Source of the DNA: Desulfobacterales bacterium
GTDB lineage: Bacteria; Desulfobacterota; Desulfobacteria; Desulfobacterales; 4572-123
DNA length: 64,000 nucleotides
Direction of reading: 5' to 3'
NCBI GenBank assembly: GCA_029939715.1
Contig: JAOZSJ010000003.1
Coordinates: forward strand, 1,880 to 65,879
Part shown: one piece after another, positions 13,001 to 25,000 of the stretch
Numbering within the stretch: position 1 is the first letter of the stretch
Layout: every line of letters starts with the position of its first letter
Made by a program: the position numbers and the translations under genes
The notes under the pieces: generated by a model
The model's input: only the letters and a program-made list of their open reading frames with translations
Databases searched by the model: none
Told to the model about the DNA's origin: nothing

Positions 13001-16000
13001 TCATCGCCGGCAGTCGTATTGACTACGGACTGCCCTGTATGCGTGCTAATCAGGTCAATCGTGTCACTGCCGCTGCCGGTGGTGAATTCGACATATTCGA
13101 GATCGTCATACAGGATGTCAAAAGAGATGCCGCCACTGCTTGCAGCCGCGATACGGTAAAATGAATATTCAGTCTGAACCTGATCCGCATTTGTATAGTA
13201 GGCCTGCTCCCCGCCGAAGTATAAAACAGGCTCGTTGCCAAGATAATATCTCGCATCTCCGGCACTGTATGTTGCAGGGCTCCAGCTTTCGATGAGGGCC
13301 GGATCACCGCCCGGGGCAAGTTCATAGACGATATCGCCCCTGCCGTGAAAAACAGGATCACCGGCTTTGTCAATGATCGTATCGGCAGTAAAAAGTATCA
13401 CATTGTCGTCATCATCGAGGCGGATGCTGCCGTAGATGTCAAGGACTACCTGGCCGATTGCAACCTGTTCATCCCCGTAGTAGTATGCCGTCTCGCCGCC
13501 TTCATATGTCAGATGATTTCCATTCCGGTCCAGCACCGGGTCACGGCGGTTATGAATCATTGCCTCGCCTGCAAGGTGTACAAACAGACTGCCGTCGCCG
13601 TTAAAAACCTGATTGCCCTGCTCATCAAGTACCGGCTCTCCGCCGAAATAACGGACAACATCACCTGCAAGATGCAAAACAGGATCGCCGGCCATGTGCA
13701 CCAGCGCATCGCCGGCCTGATGCAGAACGCGGTTACCGAACATATCCCGGACAACCTCGCCGGTAAAAGGATTCAAAACAGGATCACCGGCCTGGTAAAC
13801 TTCTCCGGTATAGGGATCGATCTGCGCGTCGCTTTCATAAAAAAGCGGCTCAAGTGTTTCAAAATCTACCTTCTGTTCTCCGCCGAAATACAACCTGGGA
13901 TCGGCATCTATGTCACCCGCGTAATACAGCGGAAGTCCCTGGGCATCATACCGGTCCATGCCGGTTTCACAAGTGTCAAAGGATACGGAAAAATCGTCAC
14001 CTTGCTCTGCGCCGTTAATAATAAGGCTGTCGGCATAATCACCGGTTGTGATACGGTAATCCCTTGCAACAGTAAAATCCGACTTCTGGGTACGAAAAAC
14101 GGGAATAACCGACGGGAGGTTAGCCTGGTCCGCTTCATCATCATACGCGTCAAGGGTTTTGTAACCGTTTGAATTGACATATAAGAAATCTCCGTTTTCA
14201 AAATCGGTTGCAAATGACGGGTTGCCGGTGTTTAGGAAAACTTTCCGAAACTCACCGTCAAGATATAAAGGACTGCCGGAGTGATCATCGGTAACCGTTA
14301 TTACCGGCACTCCGGTATCGGTGAACACCGGATTTCCATCAACGTCAAAATAGAGCGGCAGCCCCCCGGCAGTTACAGTATCGATGGCCGGCACACCCGT
14401 ATCAACAGTTGTTTCTTCATTGTTTTCATCAATGAAAAGCAGATTACCATCCCCATCCGTCCTTTGAATCCCTCTATTTTGGACACCGGTTTCCTGCACC
14501 CCCTTTTCATGGACAAGATCCTCATAGACAGCGCCATTGGGATCGATGACAACCGTATAAATTGCAAGTCTGTCGGTACCACTGCCGTCATCTTCTTCAA
14601 AAAGGATAGGGGCCAGCTCAGGCAGCTCATAATAAACCCTTTTACCTGCGGTATCGGTAAAATAAAGAGTTCCGGTGGGGGCTGAGTGAATAAATGCATC
14701 GGGAACATTATTCAGCAGTTCATAATACTCATCCAGCTCCATGGAAAGAAATTGTGCATGCTCGGCCGCGGTAAGATGGCTGACTCTTTCATCGATATGA
14801 TCATCGCCGAAAAATAGAATCCGGGCTGCCAGGTTATCCAGCATGCCGTTATCGGAAACATGGACACTGTCTTCACCGCTGCCGCCAAGAATTATGGTCT
14901 GATCACCTGTCTGTTCGATAAAAATCTCGTCATTGCCGGGTCCTGCGGCAATGAGCATCTCCATGCCTGCAAGCATCTCGCCATCGGATACAACATCCCG
15001 CCCATTGATATAGGCATAAGTGTCGGCCCGGGCCACTGCAAAAGAGTCATTCCCGTCGGCAAGCCTTATCTGCAGATCTTCAATGCCCTCCACTTCGATG
15101 CCGAAATACCTGACAGTATCCACGCCCCGGCCATCGGGGAAACCGATCCCCTCAAGGCTCAAAAATGTATCATACAGGTACTTGCCGTCCTCATCGATTC
15201 CCTGTTCAAAAAGAGGATTGCCGTACTGGTCTTCACCGATCTGCTCCATACGGGAGGTGATTCTGTTGGCCAGGAGACCGGCCTCCGACGACCCCTCCTG
15301 GTTATGGATAATGAGTCTGTCACCACTTGTTTCATACTGGTCCCCGCCATCTATCTTGAGGCGCCCGAGAATATTGGAAACATTATTATTCCCTTCGGCC
15401 CGAAAGGCAAACGGCGGCGGGTCCACCGTCACTTCAGGGGGCTGCACCGTCTTTGATCTGGGCTCGAGCCGGCCGATATAACAGGTGAGTTCCAGATCAT
15501 GTACCGTTATTTCAACATATTCTTTGGACCAGAACCAGAAAGAGTCGTATTTGAATCGCCAGGAAATACCGGCATAGGCCATATCCGACGATGTAAATGC
15601 AAAATAGGGGTATGCATTCGAGATGCTCGCCATCAGGGCGCTGAAATAATGTTCCGCCGCCGCGTCCGGGGTATTAAAGGTAAAATCGGCAAGCTCAATC
15701 TCAAAGGTATAGCTTGCCAGGGACCATGTCATCGGCGTGTATACAAGTTCGGGCGGCAGATCGATTTCAAAGGCCGGCGGCTGATAGGTATAGGCCGGCG
15801 GGTCAAAAACAATCGGCGGCGGGTTGCCGCCCACATGAATCGTGTCATCTCCGCTGCCGCCCACAACCGTGGTTTCCACATTTTCATCGGAACTCAGGAT
15901 ATAGATTTCATCGGGTCCGCCGCCCCCGTCAACTTCAATGGATTCGATATTCGAAAAGTTGGTGATCCTGCCGGCACCGGCAATATAGGTATTGGTAATC

Positions 16001-19000
16001 ACGAACGTATCGCCAATGGGAGTACCGATCACAACGATGGTATCGATGCCCGGGCCGCCGTTTATCTCCACCGGCGCATTCTGCAGGTAGTCGTAGCGGT
16101 TGACACCGGCACCGCCGAAAAGGGCCGCCAGGTTTGTCACTTCATCAGGATTGTCCGCGTTCTCCTTGAGCACCAGGAAGGTTTTAAGCAAAAATTTATC
16201 ATTTCCCGAGCCGCCGTGCAGATACAGCTTGGCCCGGTTGTGATTCACCTCCATGCGGTCGTTCTGGCCCTGCCCCATGACAAAAAGAGGTGCACTGTTG
16301 CCGTTTGTCATATTCTGAGTATCCGCCACGGGAACGCCTTCGGGATATTCCAGGGTCCGGTTGCCCGTGTCCGGTATCAGGGGAACAGTACCGATGACAA
16401 TTTCGTCATCACCGCTGCCCATATTGATGATGGTCACAACTGCCGTGTCATTGGACAGGAACAGATCATTACCGGCGCGGCTGTTGACGGAAACACGGTC
16501 AATACGCCGGAAGGTAATGATGTTGCTTTCATCGGCAGATCTGCTTTCAGCGGTAATCCGGCCGGTACGGAAGGCACCTGAGCCTGCGGCATCCAGTGTC
16601 ATGATATCGGATTTGGATGTTCCGTTCACAATCAGTTCATCAAAACCGGAATCACCGGAATCGTCAATGCTGTATCGGGTTCCGCCGTCAGGGCTGATGT
16701 TTATGATAATGTATTCCCGCAGTCCCCCCTGCCCGCTTTCATTGCCCAGGTTGTCGATACTCACGGGGCCGGTCCAGGCACCGGCGGAAACAAAGGCACT
16801 GCCCACATAGATGGTATTATCCATATCGCCGACAACGATAACATTGCAGCTGTTGCCGCCGGTTATAAACGCTTCTTCAAAAATATTATCGATATCTTCG
16901 AAAATTGCACCTGCGGCAAAATGATCACCGGTATCTCTTAATGTAAGATCGGGATCATCCTCCCTGACCCGTTCGGCCAGGTCAAAGGCCGTATCAGGGG
17001 CCTGTTTCAGAAAACTGCCGCCGGTATCACCCACTATGGTGCCGGTAACAAACCCTGTATCAAAAAGTGACATATCCCGGTCCTGAGCCTCAACCAGAAT
17101 ATCATATCCGCCTTCATCGATGAATATATCAAGACCGTCGCCGCCGGTCACCCTGTCATTGCCCTCGCCGCTGTGCAGGATGTCGTTATAGGGTGTACCG
17201 ACCAGTTCATCATTATCTCCGCCGCTGTGCAGTTCCAGTGCCGTAAGATCGGGGTAGTGCAGATTATCCGAACCGTCGGGGTCACCCATTCCCCCGAAAT
17301 TAAGAATATCATCCCCGGCGCCGGTCCAAATTTCCAGAGCGTCCCCTTCAGACCGGACAGAACCGGAAAGTGCAAATTCCATTACCCCCACACGTGAAAT
17401 CAGGACATCCTGCATCCAGGAGGAGCCGCCGGAACCTTCACCGGCATTTCCCAAGCGTCCCATGAAACTGTCATCGCCTGCACTTCCCATGACAATCAGT
17501 TTATCTGCAAAATTGTCGTCATGGAAAACAATATCAGGCACCTCAACGCTGAATCGATCTTCTGTTGTAGAGCTGTCTCCATCCAGATCTTCGATCACCG
17601 TTTTTGTGCCTGCAACCTCCATATGCTTTCCAAAATCAACAGAGAGTTTGGTCATACCTGATCCGACAAGATCCTGAGCCGTGATCACATCGGCACCTTC
17701 GCCGGCGTCAATGGCCAGTTCCCGGACCCCTCTTGCATAAATGTTTCCGCTGTTTAGAAATTCAACCAGGACCTGGTTTAATCCCGGTGTGGAAACCCTG
17801 AGATCATCATTTCCAGAAGTACCCGTGATGACCAGATAATTATCATCGGCATCGGTATCATCCGCATCCACCGTGCTTCCAAGGTCGCCGGCCCCGAGCC
17901 GGATCAGGTCATTTCCGCTGCCGCTTGTAATGGTATTGATGCCGCCGCCGCCGGTTATTTCATCGTCACCGGTGCCGGCATTAATAATATCGTCTCCAGT
18001 GCTGCCCGTGATCTGATCGTTGCCGATACCGCCAAAAAGGCCGGCAAGGCCTGAGCCGGTGTGAATAATGTAATCATCGCCCGCATCACCGTTGATCACA
18101 ACAGCACCGGAACATGAGGTTTCCAGATAATCGGCTCCGCTTCCGCCGTTGATGACGGCACTGGAATCGCCGTTATAGATAAGAATGTCCTCACCATCGC
18201 CGCCGTTTAATTCCACCGGGACAAGAACGCCTTTCCTGATAAAAATACTGTCATTACCTGATCCTGCATCAGCATGGATACCCGTTACATGCTCATAGGT
18301 CCGGCTGCGGCCCATGGCACTTACCTTTATGGTGGCATCCGAAGCGGTCCCCCCCACCTGCTCCACGACATAGGCTTCATCTGGCTCATCTTCAGCCAGG
18401 TTCCGGTACTGCCCACGGGAGCCCATATTCAAATACAGTTCGCCGCCGCTCCAGCTTCTTGCCGCATCCTGAGAAGTGCCGGCATCACCGGCCAGCCAGA
18501 CGGGCCTGGGCAGTTCGAGGTAGCCGATGGTAAAACGGGCCGTCTTTTTGACTTTAACAAACAGGATCTTGATCTTGACGGTGACACTCAGCTGGATCTT
18601 GACCCGGCCGGTTCCCTGGGCACTGAAGGAAAAGCCGAGATCCAGACCGGCCAGGGTAATGCCAAACACCTTGGCCTTGACATGGGCCGATCCGGAAAGT
18701 TCAAAACGATAATATGAATTCCCGGTGGCATCGACAATGCTTTCGGATACAATATGGAAATGAAATCCACCGGAAAGACCGAAGGAACTGGAACCAAGGG
18801 TAAAATCTCCGTTCAGCCGGATATCAAAATTCCCTCTCGAATCAAGGTATCCGCTGCTGTCAAGGGTGGCCAGCCCGAAAAAACTGATGTCCGCATGAAA
18901 ATCAAAACGCCACTGTCCTCCACTCACCAAGACACTGAAGCCTGCATCGAATTTCAGGATCTTGAGGATCTCAACGTGACCTGAAAGCGACAGGTAAAAT

Positions 19001-22000
19001 GAGTTGGCGTCCACTCCCAGGCGACGGGTATTTGTGCTGTTAATGCTCAGCTTGCCGCTGCCCTCGATATCAAATACGGAGGAATTGGCCCCGGCATAAA
19101 CATCCAGGTAAATGACTATACCCGGATCGCTGCCCCCGTAAACACCGGCGCCGCCGCTTGCCCGGAAGCTAAGTCCGCCGATGGAAAATGACAATGAAAA
19201 TTCAAGGGTGATTTCAGATTCCGCAATGACGATATCGAGAGTGCCGCTGCCCCTGGCAAAGCCCAGAAAATCAATACTGCCATCAATGTGGATACGGAGT
19301 CCCGGTGCAATCGAGTTGCTCCCGATGGTCTGCACGCTCCCGGTGGTATTGATTTCAAGCCAGGCATTGGCATAAAATGCCAGGCCGATATCTTCTCCAA
19401 ATGCCAGATCAAGTTCAAGCTGGACATACATGACCAGGCCGGCACTGTTGATCCGCATACCGCCTTGTACCTGTATCGTTCCGATGGGATCCAGAGACAA
19501 AGCCGCATCCGCGGTGATCACGAGTTCAGTCGGGGTGATTCTGAATAAAAAGCTTCCGTCAAAAACAAGGAGCTCCGCCACATTCAGATATCCTGCCATA
19601 CTCAGTTCGATGCCTTCGGTGATATTGATATCAACTGTTTTTTCACCGATGGAGCCGTCATCGAGAATGGCCGGGATGGAAACATTTTGCCAGGCGTTGG
19701 CATAGGTGTTGATCTCCAGCAGGAAATCACCGTCCAGTGTGATGCCCGGGATCACGTTGCTGTCAAGGGCCAGATGAACGTATCCGATAACCCCTGCGCC
19801 CGGATGATCCGGATCATCATTTTCAAGAAAAACCTTGAACAGAAGATCGCCTGAAAATGTGCCTAAAAATGATATATCGGTGCTGACCGTACCCATGACA
19901 CTCAGGTAGGTACTGCCGGTGCCGGTACCGGCGGCAATCTGGATATAACCGGCAAGTGTAATCACATCACCGATGACAAGCTCTGCCTTGATGGTGGCCA
20001 CAAGGTAGATTTCAGGTGCCCGGGCCTCATTTTTCCTGCCGTCCAGGCCTGGAGACGACTTGTATATCTCTATGGTTGTGGGATCGCCCGGTTCGAGCAG
20101 CGGCAGAAAGGACTGGGGAATATCAAAACTCTGATCCTGCATGGTTGTATTGAACATGACCGACACCGAACCCGATGCCCGGAACAGATTACCGATATCC
20201 GGCAGCCCGATGCCCGCCGAGGCCCCGACATGGAACATACCGGCCACGCCGGGGTTATCTCCGGATTGAAAACCGGTTACAACCACGAAAAGTCCCGTGG
20301 CCTCGCCAAATGTGATGGCCGCATCTCCGGCCCCCATGGAAAGTTCGGCAGTGGCAAATATCTCGAACCGGTCAGGGTTGATTTTTAGAAAAAACCCGCC
20401 GTTCATCCGGAACAGGTCCGTATCCAGCCCGGGAGGCCGCAGCCTGACCTGACCTAATATCTCAACTGAAAATGTAAGGGGTGCAAGAACATATGTGCGG
20501 GTAAGGTCTTCGCCGTTTTCTCCAAAACCCGGCAGCGTGATGCTTTCGGTCTTTTCATAGAGCGTTGTGTTAATCTGCAATGTTCCGCTGCCGAACATGA
20601 AAATCCCGATCTGTTCGAGAAAATCAAAATTGGTCTGGACCGTCATGACGCCCCAGAACTGGGGTCCTTCGGTGAACAAATTATTCAGGTCCAGAACAAA
20701 TTTGCCGGCAGAGGCGCCCAGAGTGCCGAGTTTGAACACCTTGAGTTCTCCGCCCAGGGTCAGTTCAAAGACTTTCCTGGCGATATCGATTTCAAGGACG
20801 ACCTGCCCGGTCAATGACATCAGGGGTTCATCGAGAAAATCTGCGGCCCGCAGCTCAATACCGCCTCCGATCTCGATAAAAAATGATGCGGCCTGGGTAA
20901 TAACCACCATGGATTCGGACGAGGCAATGCCGTAATTACCTGCATCGTCCATCCAGCTTTTCTCGGTAAAATGGATGGTGAGTATGCCGGTGTCGAACTG
21001 GTCTTCGAATGAATAACGGAAGGTATTTGTGCCTGCCAGTTCACCCGGTTGGGTAGGGGCCCCGTTTACTCTGACGTTTTCACCGTTCGCACCGGTAAGT
21101 GTAAATTCAGCACCTGGATCCACGATGGATGAAAAATCCAGCGAATTTCCATTAACCGGAGTAAACGTGATTTCAATATATCCGCGGTCGTTAAGGACTT
21201 CACGGTCAACAGTCTCGCCGGCCATGGGGTCAGCCGGGGATGCCCGCGCTTCATCAACCCGGAATGATTCCGTTTCAGACAGGTTCACCATGCCGCTGGT
21301 ATCGGCCCATGCACCGGCACTGTATTCAACCGTATATTCACCGGCATTAAGGGCAACCTCAAAAAAGTATCGGTATCTGTCCGTCAAAAAATCGTCTTCG
21401 ACGTTTTCGCCCGTTGAAATAATGATCCGTTCAGGACTCCCCCTTATAGGGACGATATTGCCGTCTGAATCCTTTACAACCAGTTCATCGCCGTCAATAG
21501 TATTATGATCAATCAGAAAGCCGTCGGTGGCCTTGAAGAGGATCGAGATAAAGCCTGCTGCATTGATTACATCTTTTCCGATAACACTGCCGTTACCAGG
21601 ATCAGCCAGATCGGCCGTACTGCCCGCGGCGGTAAACATCATGGAAGATGAAATGTTGGATATACCGGCATCATCACACCATGTATTGTCAATAAACTGA
21701 ACAGTCACTTCACCGGGCAGAAATTCGCCTGTAAAATAATACCGGAAAGTATTGTTCAGATCTTCGGGGATTTCAGTCAGATCCGCATAGGCGTCATCAA
21801 CATCAACCACCTTGTCTACCTGCCCCTGGATGGAAACGCCGGAGGCACCCAGCCCGCTGACGCCAAATTCAGGACTCGAGTCAAAAATCGAATCCGTATC
21901 AAGGCTCTGTCCCGAACTCGGGAAAAATGTGACATCGAGATATCCGCGGTTGTTCAGCTGATGAATATCGATGCTTGATTTTCTGCCCGGATTGTTCAAA

Positions 22001-25000
22001 ATGGCGGTGGCACCATCTACAACAAAGGCAAGCATCAGGGTATTGTTCATTTCACCGGCGATGGTATTGCCGTTTGCCAGAACAATATCATCGGTCTTGA
22101 ACGTGCCTGCATCAAAGAGCAGCTGTGCTTCACCGCAGGGAAATACAAAGGAACCCGATGCAATGGTATAGCGAAACCGGTTGGTTCCCGTCCGGATAAT
22201 GGCTTCGATCATGGTTTCGCCTGCATTGGGAACCAGTTCGCTAAAGGTCATTATACCATTTTCCGTGATGGATACCACCGGCGCCGGTGCGCCATCAACG
22301 GAAACGCCGGCCCCGTTGACTGTCAGTTCAAACTCGCCGCTGCTGTCCAGAATCGATTGATAATCAAGGGTTGTACCGACAGGTGCCTCAAAAAGAACGT
22401 CGATATATTTATCCCGGCTGTTTATGACATTCACATCGATGCGATCGCCTGACGGGTCTACGATACTCGCAACGGGGATCAGATCGACGGGTTCCGATGC
22501 TTCAGTATCATCCACTACTTCAAACTGTACCTCTTCACCGGACGCATTCTTGAATCCCATCTTGAAATATCCGTATATGGACAGGAGCCTGAACTGTTCG
22601 GGAATATCGGCCAGAAAGTAGAGTTTGACCTCACCTGAGAACACATTGGCCAGATCCGCATACAGCTTACCGCTGATGCTGATGTTGTCGGCGGCGAAAT
22701 TCAGCTTTCCGGCAACCAGGAATTTGCCGTCCGTGCTGAGTTTTATCATAACCTCCCCGTTAAATACCTGTTGGGAGGTGTACAGGGAATAAATTTTTCC
22801 CCCGCCGGTGATGGTCATCGGCGAGGTAAATGCAGCCAGAAACCCCAGCCCGGGGGGCAGGCCCTTGGTGGCAACATACTGATTCAAGACCTGCTGTTTG
22901 ATGGATGACAGCCACATTTCAGCGGTCATGTCCGTGGGCAGTCCGAATGCCGAGTTTCTCAGTTCAAAAGGATGATCGATGGACGGCAGTGACTGAAAGA
23001 ATTCAACACCCGCTGAAAAATCATTGATGGCCAGGCCCACATAGGGAATGGGCAGCGGAACCCCGCCGGGCACTTCCACATTGATAAAAACCCCAAGGGG
23101 GCCCAGTTCACTCAGGCCCAGGCGTATGGTAAGGCCCCCCAGTCCGGGCATGCTGAATCCGCCTTCGATGCCCATAAAGAAAATGCGGGCAGCAACCTCC
23201 GAGGTTGTGTCGAACGCTCCTATAAGTTGATCATACGGATCGATCTTTAAAATACCGCCGACAAGTGCGGCCTTCAGCTCGCCCCCGAACATCTTGCCCT
23301 CAACACTGACCCCGATGGAGGCGATATCGATAATCGGGAATTCACCGTGCAAAAGCTTCATGGGGGCGATCTTGACACCTTCGACAGTACCGGAAAACTG
23401 CAATCCGGGAACACCCTGAATGCTCTCTACGCTGGCCGACAGGGACAGTACAAAATCTTCGGGATGGCTCTGGATGTCATCCCACTGAATACCGATGGCA
23501 TTGATGCGGATGGGCAGCCAGCTTGGCCATTTAAAGCTTTCACCGCCGGCAGCACCCACGCTGATAAACACACCGAATCCGGGTTTGGTAACAAAACTTC
23601 CGTCACCGAGGAAGGCAAAATTCCGGGCTTCTCCGCCAAGGAGCAAAGAACCTATCCTGACCTCGGCGCCCACGGAAATAAAGGCCACCAGTTCCTCATC
23701 CGCTGCCGCCCCGGTGTCCAGCCTGAACCCGACGGCATTGATGGAAACCAGTGTGCCCAGCTTCACGGAGAGGGTATCGACTTCAAAGATAAAAGCGTCC
23801 ACACGACCGTTGGTAAAGGTCAGCTCAAGGCGCAGGGCTTCATCATTGGCAGTGCCGTCGGAATTCATATCATCGGCACTGTTCCGGTCGGTGATCGAGG
23901 CCGATATCGGACGGCCCGGAAAAAATTCAGCACCGCCGGATGCAATATATATGGATCCGCTGAATTCAAATCGCTGACCGAAGGTAACCCCGAAATTGGT
24001 CACGCCGATGCGGATATCATCAAATTCGAGAATACTGCCCAGGCGGATCTTTTTGTCGTCGGATGTGACGGTTGTCCCATCCTGGGGTTCTTCACCGAAG
24101 CCGATCCCTATTTCGGCAACGCCTATCTGAAAACCATTCGGCCGGATCACAAGCCCCGGGATTTCGTCACCGGCGATTGTGGAATCAGGATCAAAAGGCA
24201 TGATTCTGCCGCGAATACCCAGGGCGGGAAACAGAACAGTCACCGATTCGACCCGCAGAAGTTCCTGGTTCAAATAGGCACTGCGGGCATCGGGATAGGC
24301 ATCCAGTGCATCGAGATAGGCCTCATATGCCTTGGGGTAGGCTTCCAGATCTTTGGTATATACTTCATACGCCTCTATATATGCGGCCCTTTCCTCCGGG
24401 GTTGCGGACTGCCCCGGGTCAACAGGCTCCGTGGGAAAAACCGGTTCCTCGGGAATTGACGGCGCCGGGTCGAAATTAATAACAATTCCTTCTGCCTCGA
24501 TCTCCACCACTCCGGGTATTACCACATCAAGTGCGGCAACACGAAACCCGAAGCTGCCCGGCACTTCAACACGTACTCCGCTGAAATCGCCGCTGAGTAT
24601 ACCGAGCAGACCAAACACATCAACGCCTATATCGAACGTGCCCAGAACACCAACCAGATCCGCCGTGATGCCGCTGCTCTCCTGCTGCTCCGTGGACTGT
24701 GTTGTGGTGCCGCCGGCATTGGAATTGCCGCCAAAAGCAAGCGTTGCCCGGTCAACGCCTATGCCGATGGTAAGCATCAGTATGCCGTCTTTAAAACCTA
24801 TGTCCTCGATGCCCACATGAGGTCCCTGCAGCACAAGCGGTCCCAGTTTAATGGATTTTTCCGATTTAGCCTGGCCCGCGGCCGTCGCACTTAGCGTAAA
24901 GCGCTCTGTTGCGGCCGTGTTGGCCGTCCCATCCTCGGTACTGAAGGTGTTGGGCCGGAAACTCACGGTTATTTCACCATCCTTGAAAAGATCGATGGTG

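Noticed and set aside
15457-15468. A second LEPR tetrapeptide (GRLEPRSK) deep inside the protein.
   Set aside because: It is only four residues, without the xLLSAD context of the N-terminal domain. This is most likely coincidence.
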